DNA from: Chiloscyllium plagiosum
Taxonomy: Eukaryota
Reading direction: 5' to 3'
Length of the DNA: 64,000 nt
Assembly: GCF_004010195.1 (NCBI RefSeq)
Contig: NC_057749.1
Location: 24,760,979 to 24,824,978 of the forward strand
A program made the position numbers and the translations under genes. The notes under the pieces were generated by a model. That model was not told the DNA's origin, made no database searches, and was given only the letters and a program-made list of their open reading frames with translations. This document shows, piece by piece, positions 1 to 11,694 of this stretch (positions within the stretch are counted from its first letter, which is position 1; every line of letters begins with the position of its first letter).

Positions 1-172
1 GCGTCAATGTGAGTCTGTGTTTGTCTCTACATGTATGTGTCGCTGTGTTTATCAGGGTGTGTGTGTGTGTCTGTGTGTGTATGTCTGTGTGTGTGTGCGT
101 CAATGTGAGTCTGTGTTTGTCTCTACATGTATGTGTCGCTGTGTTGATCAGGGTGTGTGTGTGTGCGTGTGT
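1..172. repeat. Compound (GT)n-rich tandem repeat, ~96-bp unit x2
   Basis: GCGTCAATGTGAGTCTGTGTTTGTCTCTACATG starts at 1 and 97, interleaved with GT runs. Confidence 0.9.
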
Positions 173-1636
173 AGTATAAGATTGTCTATAAGATACAATG
201 TAGGGATTAATCAGCGATTTAAATGAACTGTGTTCTGTAGCAAATTGTGCTCTTGTAAAGAGAATTTTTTTTTAAAGTGCAAAGGTCTTTAGTTTTCTGA
301 TGCTCTCTCCCAATATTCTCCGAACCACCATCTTCATATGACATTTAAACCTCTGCTTCCTGTATCCTAACTCAATCCCATGTTTCCTGCAAACTGTGCA
401 GCTGTGAGCTTACCTATCGGCATGCTGACACTGTTCCTGTATTGACTCTGGTTTTAGAAGTGGCAGCCACACAAAGACCTCAGACATCTGTGCAGAAGAG
501 ACCAAGAATGGAGGGAACATAGGTCCCATTACCCATGCTCCTATTGGCTGACATCAGTTCCTTGTCCACTGATGTCTTGGTTTTAGTATTATCCACTACT
601 CTGTGAAACCTTCCCCTTCCCTAAGAATGTACATGTTAGGAGCAGAGGACCATTCAGCCTGTCCAGCCTGTTCTCCCAGTTGGTAAGACCATGGATGATC
701 TTTTCTGAATTCCAGGCCTCCTCCCCCACCCAGCAGCTTCCATGCTCGCTCTAGGGTGGATCAGTCCAACTCCAGACAACCAGACTACCCTGGAATGAAA
801 GCTCTGTCTTCCAGGTGCCTTTCCTTGGATCAGCATTGCAAGGCCGAGAGATAATCCAAATCAACGTGGCAGCAAAATGTAGGCCTCCCTCTCATGGATT
901 TACCAAAATGGTGGATTGTACCTTGCCAGGAGTGAATGAGCATGTGCACCCAGCCCATGTGAAATAACCAAAAATGGGGTGATAACAAATTTCCAGGCTG
1001 TTGCGTCTAAGTGAAGCGTTTTAATATGTAGAGGTATCTATAGTCAGCAGCAAGCAAATAGGTAATATTGTAAAAGAAAACAGCACACAAAAAGTGAGTC
1101 TAATATTCTGAGTTCTTCAGACTGATATCCCTACAATATATCTTTGCACTGACATGTCCCATACATAACAAGTACACGAACGTGTACTGGGAACAGGCTA
1201 TTTAGATCATTGAGTTCACTCCCTTAAATTTGTAATTATTTCTTTGAGGTAAAAAAGGGTAAAGTTTCCACAAACATGAAAGCTGTCAACTTAACTCCTT
1301 GGATATATTTAGCCAAACTACCAAGCAGGTCCAATGAACTTTAATGTTCCAATGAACTTGTGTGCTTTTTAAACACATGTTCATGTCTACTTTCAAGAAT
1401 CCTGTAGGGATTATCTCTCCCAAGGGGCAGTTCACCTCTCCTGGCCAGCCAAATTAATTCATTAAAGTTCAAACCTGCTCTCACCAGGACTGCGTTTATA
1501 TTCCTATGTCACCAAAATCAGGCATACCTGGAGGATTAATACAGGAAGCTGTTTTTGTTAAACAAAATGTGGACAAACAGCCATCTGCTCCCATTAGTCC
1601 ACACCTCCCCCAAAAATGAAAGGAACTCATCCATGC

Positions 1637-2425
1637 TCTAGGAAGGATGTGGTAGCACTGGAGAGGGTGCAGAGGAGGTTTACCAGGATGTTGTCTTGGC
1701 TGGAGAGTTTCAGATATGCAGAGAGTTTGGACAAGCTGGGCTTGTTTTCCTTAGAGCAAAGGAGATTGAGAAGGGACATGTTTGAGATATAGGAGAAAGT
1801 GAAGACTGCAGATGCTGGAGATCAGAGTTGAAGAGTGTGGTGCTGGAAAAGCACAGCTAGTCGGGCAGCATCCGAGGAGCCGGAGAATCGACGTTTCGGG
1901 CATAAACCCTTCAACAGGACTGACTTTTGGGGGAGGTGTGGACTAATGTCCATGTTTTGTAGGACACCATACAGGACTGATGAAGGGCTTATGCCTGAAA
2001 CATCGATTCTCCTGCTTCTCAGATGCTGCCTGACCGGCTGTGCTTTTCCAGCACTCCGTTCTTTGACACGTTTGAGATATAGAAGATTATGAGGGGCACA
2101 GTTAGGAAGACATTAATCCCCTTGATAAGTCCAGGGGGGTGGGGTGGGGGGGTTGATGTGAGGAAAGGAGTAGATGTTTGGAAGAAGTGTGAGGAAAAGC
2201 TTTCTGACCCAGAGGGTGTTGGGCATCTGGAACTCACTGCCTGTAACAGTGGGAGAGGCAGAAACCCTCATAACATTGAAGTAGGATTTAGATGTGCATT
2301 TGCAATACCAAGGCATACAAGGCTATGGGCCAAGGGCAGAAAATAGCATTAGAATACTGAGGTGTGTATTACTAACCAGCACAGACTCGATGAGCTGAAT
2401 GGTTTTTCTCTGTAGATCTCCAGGG
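1637..2425 (+). mobile_element. CR1-clade LINE 3' fragment, interrupted by a PLE hairpin
   Basis: Encodes decayed KDVVALERVQRRFTRML, the CR1 ORF2 C-terminal motif. Confidence 0.8.
1793..2064. mobile_element. Penelope-like fold-back insertion (family A)
   Basis: Inverted arms; TSD GACA(T/C)GTTTGAGATATAG at 1775-1792 and 2065-2082; CTGATGA...GAAAC motif. Confidence 0.85.
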
Positions 2426-2449
2426 CTCCAGCACTATGGTTGGGAGGGG

Positions 2450-2745
2450 ACTTCCTCATGACCTGTCCCATCTGTCAATCTTCCTTCCCACCTATCCACT
2501 CCACCCTCCTCTCCGACCTATTTCCCCCACCACCATCCATCTATTGCACTCTCATCTCCATTCCCCACAGCCTCACCCCCCCCCTCTCATTTATCCATCT
2601 ACCCCCGAGACTCCAGCCTCATTCCTGATGAAGGGCTTTTGCCCGAAATGTCGATTTTCCTCCTCCTCAGATGCTGCCTGACCTGCTGTGCTTTTCCAGC
2701 ACAACTCTAATCTTGACTTCTGATTTTCAGACTGCTCCCACATTT
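2450..2745 (+). mobile_element. Penelope-like 3' end (family A) with hammerhead motif
   Basis: C/T-rich tract then CTGATGAAGGGCTTTTGCCCGAAATGTC at 2625; same terminus as the RT-bearing copy at 43173-44485. Confidence 0.8.
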
Positions 2746-2773
2746 TTTTAACAAAGGGAGAGGCACTCTCCAA

Positions 2774-3667
2774 TGTTATGGAAATCCAGACAGCGCAGGC
2801 TAGAGGCCGGCTCTGAATCAGGCCCATAATGAGGTCAGACAGGTGGACCTCATAGAATATGAGTTCCATGATTGGGGCTGTTAACCTGGTCCAATCAGGG
2901 AGCCCTGGCTGACAGATAGAAACAGGAGTGTTCCGCGGTTAAGTTAGAGCCCGGGTGTCCTTGGAGAAGGAGCACGCGGTGTCCACCAACACCCTGGAGT
3001 TGTTCAGGGAGAGGTGGGCGCAGCAGGGAGTGGAGTGCATTATTTCTCCCTCCAACTCTATTTTGATTTAGACCCTACCCTCCCCTTCACTGTTTTGATC
3101 ACACAGCACTGCCGTTTGATGTGAAGGGCAGTGTTTGTCACTGGCCACTCGGGTGTTTTCCTATCTTCCTGGTGGTGGAAATGGAATAAAGATTCGTGCA
3201 CTTTGAGTCTTTCACTGTGTCTCACACCTGCACACACACACACACACCATGGGTGCTGGGGAAAAAATAAGCACTACTGCGGTTAGGCGGTAGTATGGGG
3301 GGGTTTAAAAAAAATAAAAAAAATAAACAGGAGAAAAAAAATAAAAAATAAACAGGAGATTGTAGCATTGCCCTTTGATGTGAAGGGCAGTGCTTGTCAC
3401 TGGCCACTTGGGGAAAAAAAAAGAAACAGGAGAGTCAGAGAATCTGTTCACTCTGAGAGCTGGCTCTGAGGGAGCTGGATCTGTGTCAAGGATTCTCCAC
3501 AAGTAAATAAAAGGTGACTTGGTTTAAAAAAAACCCTGCAGTGTCAGGGATCCTGTCCACTCTGGGAGCTGGCTCTGAGGGAACTAGATTAGTGTCAACT
3601 CTTTTCCACATGCAAATAAAGCATGACTTGGTGATGGGATACTGGCCTGTATGGAGTTATTTCAACA
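2774..3667 (+). mobile_element. LTR-like repeat (TGTT...AACA) with internally duplicated 3' part, split by a Tx1 insertion
   Basis: TG..CA termini, CCAAT boxes, AATAAA; CACTCTG(A/G)GAGCTGGCTCTGAGGG block occurs twice; TSD not clear. Confidence 0.55.
2932..3421 (+). mobile_element. Tx1/L1-clade LINE 3' end
   Basis: Translates RARVSLEKEHAVSTNTLELFRERWAQQGVEC (Tx1-like ORF2 end); A-rich tail; TSD AGAAACAGGAG(T/A)GT at 2918-2931 and 3422-3435. Confidence 0.75.
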
Positions 3668-3910
3668 TCCCTTGCATACGTGAGTTGAGGTCTACACATC
3701 TGCTTGAAGCCTCTCTTGTTGAAAGTCAGGCAGCTTTGATTTCTGCTGGTGTTATGTTCAAGGTCATGTGATCTGTCAGCATCACAAACGGTATTTCTTA
3801 AAGGCAAGCCACCATCAAAAAGCTACATTTAAAAACACGCTGACCCAACTGTCAAACCAGACAGTACTGGAGTGCTCCTCACTGCAGTGCAGACATTAGT
3901 CACTTCCATT

Positions 3911-4205
3911 AGGGGAGGCCATAGCCCAGTGGTGATTATCACGAGGTTATTAATCCTGTAACTCAGCTGATGTTCAAGGGACCTGGGTTCGAATCCTACC
4001 ACAGCAGATGTGGGAATAGTAATAGCCAGAATTCAACTAAAACAAAATCTGGGATGAAGAATCTACTGAAGACTATGAAACCATTGTTGGAAAAACTCAA
4101 CTGGGAAATCCTTACCTGGTCTGGCATACATGTGACTCCAGGCCCATGGCAATGTAGTTGACTCTCAACTGCCCTTTAAAATGGCTGAGCAAGTTATTCA
4201 GTTAT
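3911..4205 (+). mobile_element. tRNA-derived SINE (non-HE1 family)
   Basis: A-box-like TAGCCCAGTGG and B-box GGTTCGAATCC; related copies near 7272, 37305, 38790 (-), 48710 and 62470 (-). Confidence 0.7.
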
Positions 4206-5215
4206 ATCAATTTCTCAAAAAACATTCCTTCTGATTATCTTTTCACACTCCAATTTTTGTTGCCTTCCTCCCTCCCTCTGTCAGGATCACCTGAGCTTTG
4301 CTGTTAGATGTGGACGCAAAGTAATTGCAATCCCCCTCCCCATCCTGGTGAAAATCAGCCAGTACACGTACCCAGACCTCGCACCATTGAAGCCTGAGGC
4401 CTAATGTCAGGCCTCAAGAATCGGAGCCAGCGGTTTTTCGGCCATCACATTGACATGTTGACAGGATCTCCTTTCATCAGCTGGACACCCGGGGAGAACC
4501 TGATTTCGCCTCTTTTAGCAAACAAGTAAGTGACGGATGGATCGATGTGACTTGCAGTGGGACCTTGCCTGTGATCAAGGACACCACATCTCAGAATCCC
4601 CTGAGAGTTGTTGACTAACCAGAGGCTGCAGCTTCTCAAGTCTGTCAGCGCTATAAGGTAAAGGGTTAACCGCAGCAGTATTTTGTCACTAGTTACTAGG
4701 CATGTGCGTAAGGAGCTGTGTCACAATGATGTCATATCACGTGGAACAGAGACCAGATGGAAGAAGGTACTAGTGAGTATAATTCTGAGTATAATCTCTA
4801 GCTAATTTGCGTTAACACTTTGCACCAGTCTTGTCACCAGTCTATGTCTGCATCATGGATCCTAGAGGCTCTGAACAACATTCATGCAAGCACCACTGGG
4901 AGATCAGTGTCAGCCGCTGGTAATACACCCACCAGAGGCCCCTGGATCTGGAAGGCCACCGACCACAACGAGAGTGAACAGGATCGGGCTGTGGGTGAGA
5001 GACCACTGGATGGCAGGGTCGGGCTATGGATGGGGGCACTGCTGGATGGCAGAATCCGGTTATGAATGGGGGGGGTGGCGCTGGATGGCAGGGGCCATCT
5101 GGGGGAGTTGAAAGAAAGGCCGGAGAGGAGCCACTCAGTGCCCCCCACAACATTCCTGATGTCTACTGAGTGCATGACAACAAGGGAACCCGTCCTCTCA
5201 CCACCCCACAGTACT

Positions 5216-5740
5216 GAAAGCCCCGTTGAATGGAAGCAAGCCATTTGGCCCATTGAGTCCACACCAACCCTTCAAAGAGAATCCCACCCAGACCGACTCC
5301 CTGTGACCCTGTATTTCCTTTGGCTAATCCACCCAACCTGCACAGCTTTGGACTGCGGGTGGTAAACCCACACAGAAGTGGGGAGACTAGGGCAGCACAG
5401 TGGCTCAATGGCTAGCACTGCTGCCTCACAGCACCAGGGACCCAGGGTCGATTCCACCCTTGGGCAACTGTCCTTGTGAAGTTTGCACATTGTCTGGGGC
5501 TGTTCCAGTTTCCTCCCAAAGTCCAAAGATGTGCAGGTTAGATCATGGGAAATATAGGGTAGGGGCATGGATCACTCTTTGGAGGGTTGGCATAGACATT
5601 ATGGGCTGAATGACTTGCTTCCACACTGCAGAGATTCTATGATGAATGTGAAACCCTGCACAGGCAGTTGTACAAGCGTGGAATTGAACCCTGGAGATGT
5701 GAGGCAGCAGTGCTAACCACTGAGCCACAGTGCTGCCCAG
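5216..5740 (-). mobile_element. HE1-type SINE, split by an opposite-strand copy
   Basis: Reverse-complement tail 5216-5385 and head 5645-5740. Confidence 0.75.
5390..5642 (+). mobile_element. HE1-type SINE
   Basis: GGGCAGCACAGTGGCTCAATGG head, B box, V-domain CCAAAGATGTGCAGG. Confidence 0.85.
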
Positions 5741-5907
5741 GTGAATACAATGCAGAGAGAGGGGGTTTATATTTTGGGCTCTAAACACAGCTAACTGTGG
5801 GGTGGGGTGGGGGGCTTTGATGAGACACTTAGATATGCCCCAATTGAAAGCATCACTTCAGGCCTGGAATGCCAGCTTACAGCCTTAATGCCCAGTCTTA
5901 ATTAGGA

Positions 5908-6237
5908 ACCATAGAATCATACAGTGTGGAAACAGGCCCTTCGGCCCAACAAGGCAACATCGATCCTCCAAAGAGTAACCCACCCAGACTCATTCCCTTA
6001 ACCTGTATTTACCCCTGATTAATGCACCCAAACTGCACATCCCTGAACACTACGGGCAATTTAGCATGGCCAATTCACCTAACCTGCACATCTTTGGATT
6101 GTGGGACGAAACCAAAGTGCCCGGAGGAAATCCACGCAGACACAGGGAGAATATGCAAATTCCCCACAGACAGTCGCCCGAAGCTGGAATCAAACTCAAG
6201 TCCTTGGTACTGTGAGGCATCAGTGCTAACCACTGAG
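5908..6237 (-). mobile_element. HE1-type SINE
   Basis: Reverse complement of the HE1 body and CR1-like tail. Confidence 0.88.
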
Positions 6238-7271
6238 GAACTGGGATCTCCCAGCTTGGTTAAATGCCAACCCTCCATCAAACCCCCTACCTCCATACCC
6301 CTGAATTCACAGTGGAGACAAGGGCATGAAATTCCACCCCTTGCCCCAGTGTCACAATGTGCCTTTACATTCAAGTAACTGCCTCACAGGGAAAGCCATG
6401 GGGAAGTGAAGCTGGAGTTTGCTGGAGGGCCCATCCTGTAGGCCGCAACCAGGCAGCAATCCTAGAATCCTCAACTCTCTCAGGCAAAATAAAAACGTGA
6501 CCTTAAAAACAGTTGTCGCCAGCCGGGTTTGCTTCAGTGGCAGAAATGGATGACATTCCTGATTTCTGGAATTTCCTGTTGTGTGGGTACTGTCGAAACC
6601 ATGGGAACCAAATCATTTTTTTAAAACAAATACATCATCTTTAAAGAATGTTTTCTTGATTACGGGCAATGATGCAGCTGGCAGAGGGAATATGTGAGGG
6701 ATTTCCAAAACAACAACTCAAATAACTGTTTATGTATGGGTCAAAATTTGTAATGATCAGTGACAACTTTTCTCACGTGCAAGTATTAATCTTCCTGCTC
6801 TGTGATAGGGATGTGTTGTGTCAGGGCCTAATTTTTTTTTATATCCCACACCCCCAACTTTCCCACGTGAGTGTCACAGTTTTGGAACATCGCTGTCTTT
6901 CCTCTGTAACGTTGTGACTTCAGTACAACTACCCGCACTGAGAGATCTATGCTCCCAAAATACATAGCTGGGAGCAACCATATTCCCACTGGAATAACCA
7001 TGGCAACAAGACATCAATTGAGCTAACGGCACTGGTTTTCACATCGCTGGTGGGCTTAAAACGTTTTATTTACCAGCATCTATGGAGCTATGAGTGAGCG
7101 AATATTCCAGTTGATCAAGAGATCTACAAAATGAATGGAAAAACACGCACTAAGTAATAGAAACGTTAAACAGGGAGTATGCACAGCACTGTTATGCTTT
7201 ATTTACAGTGTAAATTACTTATGTAACAGTGCAACTTTGTCTTACATAAAACTTACCAGGCAGAGAGAGCC

Positions 7272-7503
7272 TGGAGGTGATGGCCTAGTGGTATGATTGC
7301 TGGGTTATGAATCTGGAAGACCCAGGAAGTGATCTGGGGAGCTGGGTTCAAATCTTGCCAAAGGCAGATGAGTTTAACGAAAGAAAGCCTAGAATGAAGG
7401 ATCTGATGATGATGACCATGAATCCATTGCTGGTTGAGGGGTGTTACCTGGTTCAGTAGCAGCCTTCAGTAGAAGAAAATCTGCCATCCTTACCTGCTCT
7501 GGC
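7272..7503 (+). mobile_element. tRNA-derived SINE (same family as 3911)
   Basis: GGAGGTGATGGCCTAGTGG head, GGTTCAAATC B box. Confidence 0.7.
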
Positions 7504-7756
7504 CAAATCCCTGGGATCATTGCTGTAAACCATCTCTGAATCCTTTCCAACGCCAGTGCATTATTCCTTAGATACAGGGTCCAAAACTGCTCCCAATATT
7601 CCATATGGCTTCAAGCGAGCCTCAAGATATGGCTTTGTATGGATGCTCCATTATCGTTAGCACTTCCACATCAATCTACAGTTTAGGGTCCTCCACAAAT
7701 ACCACACTGGGAATCACATGCCTCACAGAGATTCCACTCCTTTCTTTGACCCTGGG

Positions 7757-8260
7757 ATTAGATTAGATTAGATTCCCTGCAGTGCCGACACAGGCCCTTC
7801 GGCCCAACAAGTCCACACCGACCCTCCGAAGTGTAACCCAACCAAACCCATTCCCCTACTCCCCACAAATGAACCTATTTAGCATGGCCAATTCACCTGA
7901 CTTGCACATCTTTGGACTGTGGGAGGAAACCGGAGCACCCACATTCTCCCCGTGTCTGTGTGGGTTTCCTCCGGGTGCTCCAGTTTCCTCCCACAATCCA
8001 AAAATGTGCAGGTTAGGTGAATTGGCCATGCTAAATTGCCTGTAGTATTAGGTGAAAAGGTAAATGTAGGGGAATGGGTCTGGGTGGGTTGTGCTTCGGC
8101 GGGTCGGTGTGGACTTGTTGGGCCGAAGGGCCTGTTTCTACACTGTAAGTAATCTAATCTAATCTGATGTGCAAACTCCACACAGATAGTTGCCCCAGGC
8201 TGGAATCGAACCCGGGTCTCTGGCGCTGTGAGGCAGCAGTGCTAACCACTGTGCTGCCCC
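7757..8260 (-). mobile_element. HE1-type SINE containing a 5'-truncated plus-strand HE1 (7940-8165)
   Basis: (GATTA)n tail at 7757; inner copy ends in (AATCT)n; outer head resumes at 8167. Confidence 0.85.
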
Positions 8261-8305
8261 ATTTTGTTACGGGAACAAAATCAACAAGCTCAAGCTTAAA
8301 CTAAT

Positions 8306-8405
8306 GTTCTGAAGAAGGGGTACATACCGAAACGCTGATTCTGATTTCTCTCCACTGATGCCGTTAGATTTGCTGAGCTTTCCCAGCGATTTCTATGTTT
8401 GTTTA
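8306..8405 (+). mobile_element. Penelope-like terminus (family B), degenerate
   Basis: GTTCTGAAGAAGGGG...CCGAAACG then CTGATTTCTCTCCAC, as in the copy at 10115. Confidence 0.65.
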
Positions 8406-8434
8406 GGTTCAACCTTGAACTTGTTGGTTTATTG

Positions 8435-8692
8435 AGGGGAAAGATATAAAAGAGACCTAAGGGGCAACATTTTCATGCAGAAGGTGGTACATGTATGGAA
8501 TGAGCTGCCAGAGGAAGTGGCGGAGGCTGGTACAATTACAACATTTGAAAGGCATCTGGATGGGTATAATGAATAGGAAGGGTTTGGAGGGATATGGGCC
8601 AAGTGGGACTAAATTGGGTTGGGATATCTGGTCGGCATGGACGGGTTGGACCGAAGGGTCTGTTTCCGTGTTGTACATCTCTATGACTCTAA
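8435..8692 (+). mobile_element. CR1 (HER1-like) 3' end
   Basis: WNELPEEV motif and CTATGACT tail. Confidence 0.88.
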
Positions 8693-9149
8693 ATGCTCCC
8701 TTCTTAACTTTGTCTCTCATTATTTTGTTCACTGGTAGTGTGGACTGACTTGTCCTTCTTTCTGTGCAAGCTCAATGTCAAGTCTTGTCCAAGTAAGAGA
8801 TGAGCCTCTGATGAGCAACTGAGAGAGCTTCAGAATTAGTCACAATGCTTTTTGAGGGCCTGGCGGGAAATGAGACACCTTTCGGGTTGTGCTGACTACA
8901 GGAGCTTTTGCTTGTGCTCTGAACTTTGTAAACCTCCCGAGAGTCACTCTCGTTAATAATTACTCCATGTCTGCCTGAGTGGCTTTCGTTTCAGTACCTT
9001 TCCCACTGATGCCTTTTCACAGGTGATCGTGCTCTAAATTATGAACGACTTCCCCTGCAAATGACTGAGCTTTGCAAACTGTCGGATCAACCAAGTCTTT
9101 TCCATTTCCTCATTTGAGCTTTTCCCTATCTGAAGTTGCTCAGAATGGT

Positions 9150-9372
9150 GGGCGTCACGGTGGCACAGTGGTTAGCACTGCTGCCTCACAGCGCCAGAGA
9201 CCCGGGTTCAATTCCCGCCTCAGGCGACTGACTGCCATGCTAAATTGCCCGTAGTGTTAGGTAAGGGGTAAATGTAGGGGTGGGTTGTGCTTCAGCGGGT
9301 CAGTGTGGACTTGTTGGGCCGAAGGGCCTGTTTCCACACTGTAATGTAATCTAATCTAATGTAATGTAATCT
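9150..9372 (+). mobile_element. HE1-type SINE with internal deletion
   Basis: Head joined directly to GCCATGCTAAATTGCCC; (TAATG/TAATC)n tail. Confidence 0.85.
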
Positions 9373-9699
9373 AAAAAGAATGCCATGGATTGAAGCAGCC
9401 TCATGGAGATGCTGAATGAGGGCGACCCTTGTTCTCCCGCAGAACCTGTTCAGTTGGAAGGGAGTAGCAAGGAAGCAAATAAATGCTAGAGTCATCAGTT
9501 GGGGTCAGCTTTTGTTCTATTACACTGTGTACGTGCCACACGTCAGCAGTGGCACCTTGGTGAAGCTGAGGATTTAGACGCAGATAATAAGTGAACTCTG
9601 ACCTCCTTTCCAAAGCGTGGTAGCCTTAATTGTTGGCAATTCTCTCGGCTTTGGCCACAGGTCGTAGGAACATTGAGAGGACATAGCTTTAAAGTGAAA

Positions 9700-10245
9700 G
9701 AAAAACAGAAATCACTGGAAAAGCTCAGCAGGTCTGGCAGCATTTGTGGAGAGAAATCAGAGTTAACGTTTCAGGTCTCATGACCATTCCTCAGAACTGA
9801 TGGTAGCTGGGAAAATGTCGGTTTACATGCAGAAGACAGGGTGGGGGGATAAGGAGTAAACAATGGGTGGCGATAGAACCCAAAGAGACAGGAGAACAGT
9901 TGGACAGACAAAGGAGTAGATAATGATCAGCCTGGGAGAATGAATAGCTGCTAATGGGGACCATTAGTGACTAACAATGGGTTGTGTGTAAGAGCAGACC
10001 ATGTGATAACAAGACCTAGTGTGGGGAGGAGGCTTGGGGTAAGGACGTGGGAGAGTTCAAGACCTAAAGTTGTCAAACTCGATATTGAGTCCAGCCATTT
10101 TCCCAGCTACCATCAGCTCTGAGGAAGGATGACCCGACCCGAAACGTTAACTCTGATTTCTCTCCACAGACCTGCTGAGCTTTTCCAGCAAGTTCTAATT
10201 TAATTTCTGATTTACAGCACCTGCAGGTATTTTGGCTTTTGTAGA
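9700..10245. mobile_element. Penelope-like fold-back insertion (family B)
   Basis: 9700-9815 is an inverted copy of 10094-10205; hammerhead motif at 10115-10152. Confidence 0.8.
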
Positions 10246-10637
10246 TTCAAAGTGATGTTTGATTTGATTTATTATCGTCACACGTACCTAGGGCACGGTG
10301 AAATGTTTTGTTTTGTGTGCACAAATCATACCATGCAAAGTTCATGATGGTAATAAAACAGAGTGAGGAATACAATGTTACAGCTGCAGAGTGAGATCAA
10401 TATGGTAAATTTAAAATTTGATGTATAAACAAAGCAATTTGAGATGAGGAAATATGTTCTCACAGAATGTGTATTTAAGGTTTGGAATGCACGCAGGGCT
10501 TGGAATGCATTGCCTGGAAATATGGTGGAGACAGGTTCAATCGAAGCCTTGAAGGGAGCTTTGGCTGCTTATTTGGCTACCTCTGGGTCCAAGAATATGG
10601 GGAAAGAAAGGATATTGGCACTAAATTATTGGGTTGG

Positions 10638-10960
10638 AAAGTGTGGCGCTGGAAAAGCACAGCAGGTCAGGGAGCAGATCTGGGATGAGGTGGAGCGGTG
10701 GGGGGGAGCGATTTGGAAACTGGTGAAGTCGATGCCGATGCTGTGTGGTTGCAAGGCGGAACATGAAGCGTTCTTCCTCCAGTCATCAGGTGGCTTGAAT
10801 TTGGAGGGAGCCCAGGGTTTGCACGTCCTTGGGGGAATGGGAGGGGGAGTTGAATTAGTCGGCCACAGGGCGGTGGAGTTGTTTGGTGCGTGTGTCCCAG
10901 AGCTGTTCCCTGAAACACTCCATGAGTTGGTGTCCTGTCTCCCCAGTGTAGAAGAGAGGC
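10638..10960 (-). mobile_element. Penelope-like GIY-YIG endonuclease remnant
   Basis: Minus strand reads LFYTGETGHQLMECFREQL...PVAD*FNSPSH, followed by the family A terminus. Confidence 0.75.
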
Positions 10961-11209
10961 CGATGCCTGAAGAATGGAATGAATGGTCTCCCTGTACACA
11001 TTAATAAATCTGTGTTTCTATGTCATTCCTTTGAACGTTAGCTCTTTAGACATGAAAAAATTGAAAATTGTAAACGTGGCTGCTTCCTGACAGTCAGGCA
11101 TTGGGGAATGAGTCTTTTTAGCTTTTCCATTGCTGCAGGAAGTCAGTGCATCACAGGGTGTGGATACGATGGTTGACTAGGGACTGCAGTATAGGGCACA
11201 TTGTGTGCA

Positions 11210-11690
11210 CTATACTGGAAGCATTGGAAAGGGTGCAGAGGCGATTTACCAGGATGTTGCCTGGGATGGAGGGAAGGTCTTATGAGGAAAGGCTGAGGGA
11301 CTTGAGAATGTTTTCATTAGAGAGAAGAAGGTTGACAGCTGACTTAATTGAGATGTAGAAAATAATCATAGGGTTAGATAGGGTGGACAGTGAGAACCTT
11401 TTTCCTTGGATGGTGATGGCTAGCATGAGGGGACATAGCTTTAAATTGAGGGGTGATAGATATAGGACAGATGTCAGAGGTAGGTTCTTTACTCAGAGAG
11501 GAGTAGGGGCTTGGAACACCCTGGCTGTAACAGTAGTAGACTTGCCAAATTTAAGGGCATTTAAATGGTCATTGGATAAACATATGGATGAAAATAGAAT
11601 AGTGTAGATTGGATAGGCTTCAGATTGGATCCACAGGTTGGCGCAATATCGAGGGCCGAAGGGCCTGTATTGTCCTAGAATGTTCTATGT
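11210..11690 (+). mobile_element. CR1 LINE 3' fragment
   Basis: ALERVQRRFTRMLPGMEG...RGHSFKLRG...FFTQR in ORFs 11146 and 11383. Confidence 0.9.
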
Positions 11691-11694
11691 TCAT

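Noticed and set aside
17..226. 69-aa Cys/Val-rich ORF
   Set aside because: Translation of a GT microsatellite
4464..4530. Possible exon ending at AA|GTAAGT
   Set aside because: Poor pyrimidine tract at the acceptor and no recognisable peptide
5390..5470. tRNA genes at A/B-box sequences here and elsewhere
   Set aside because: These are SINE heads followed by SINE bodies; no complete cloverleaf seen
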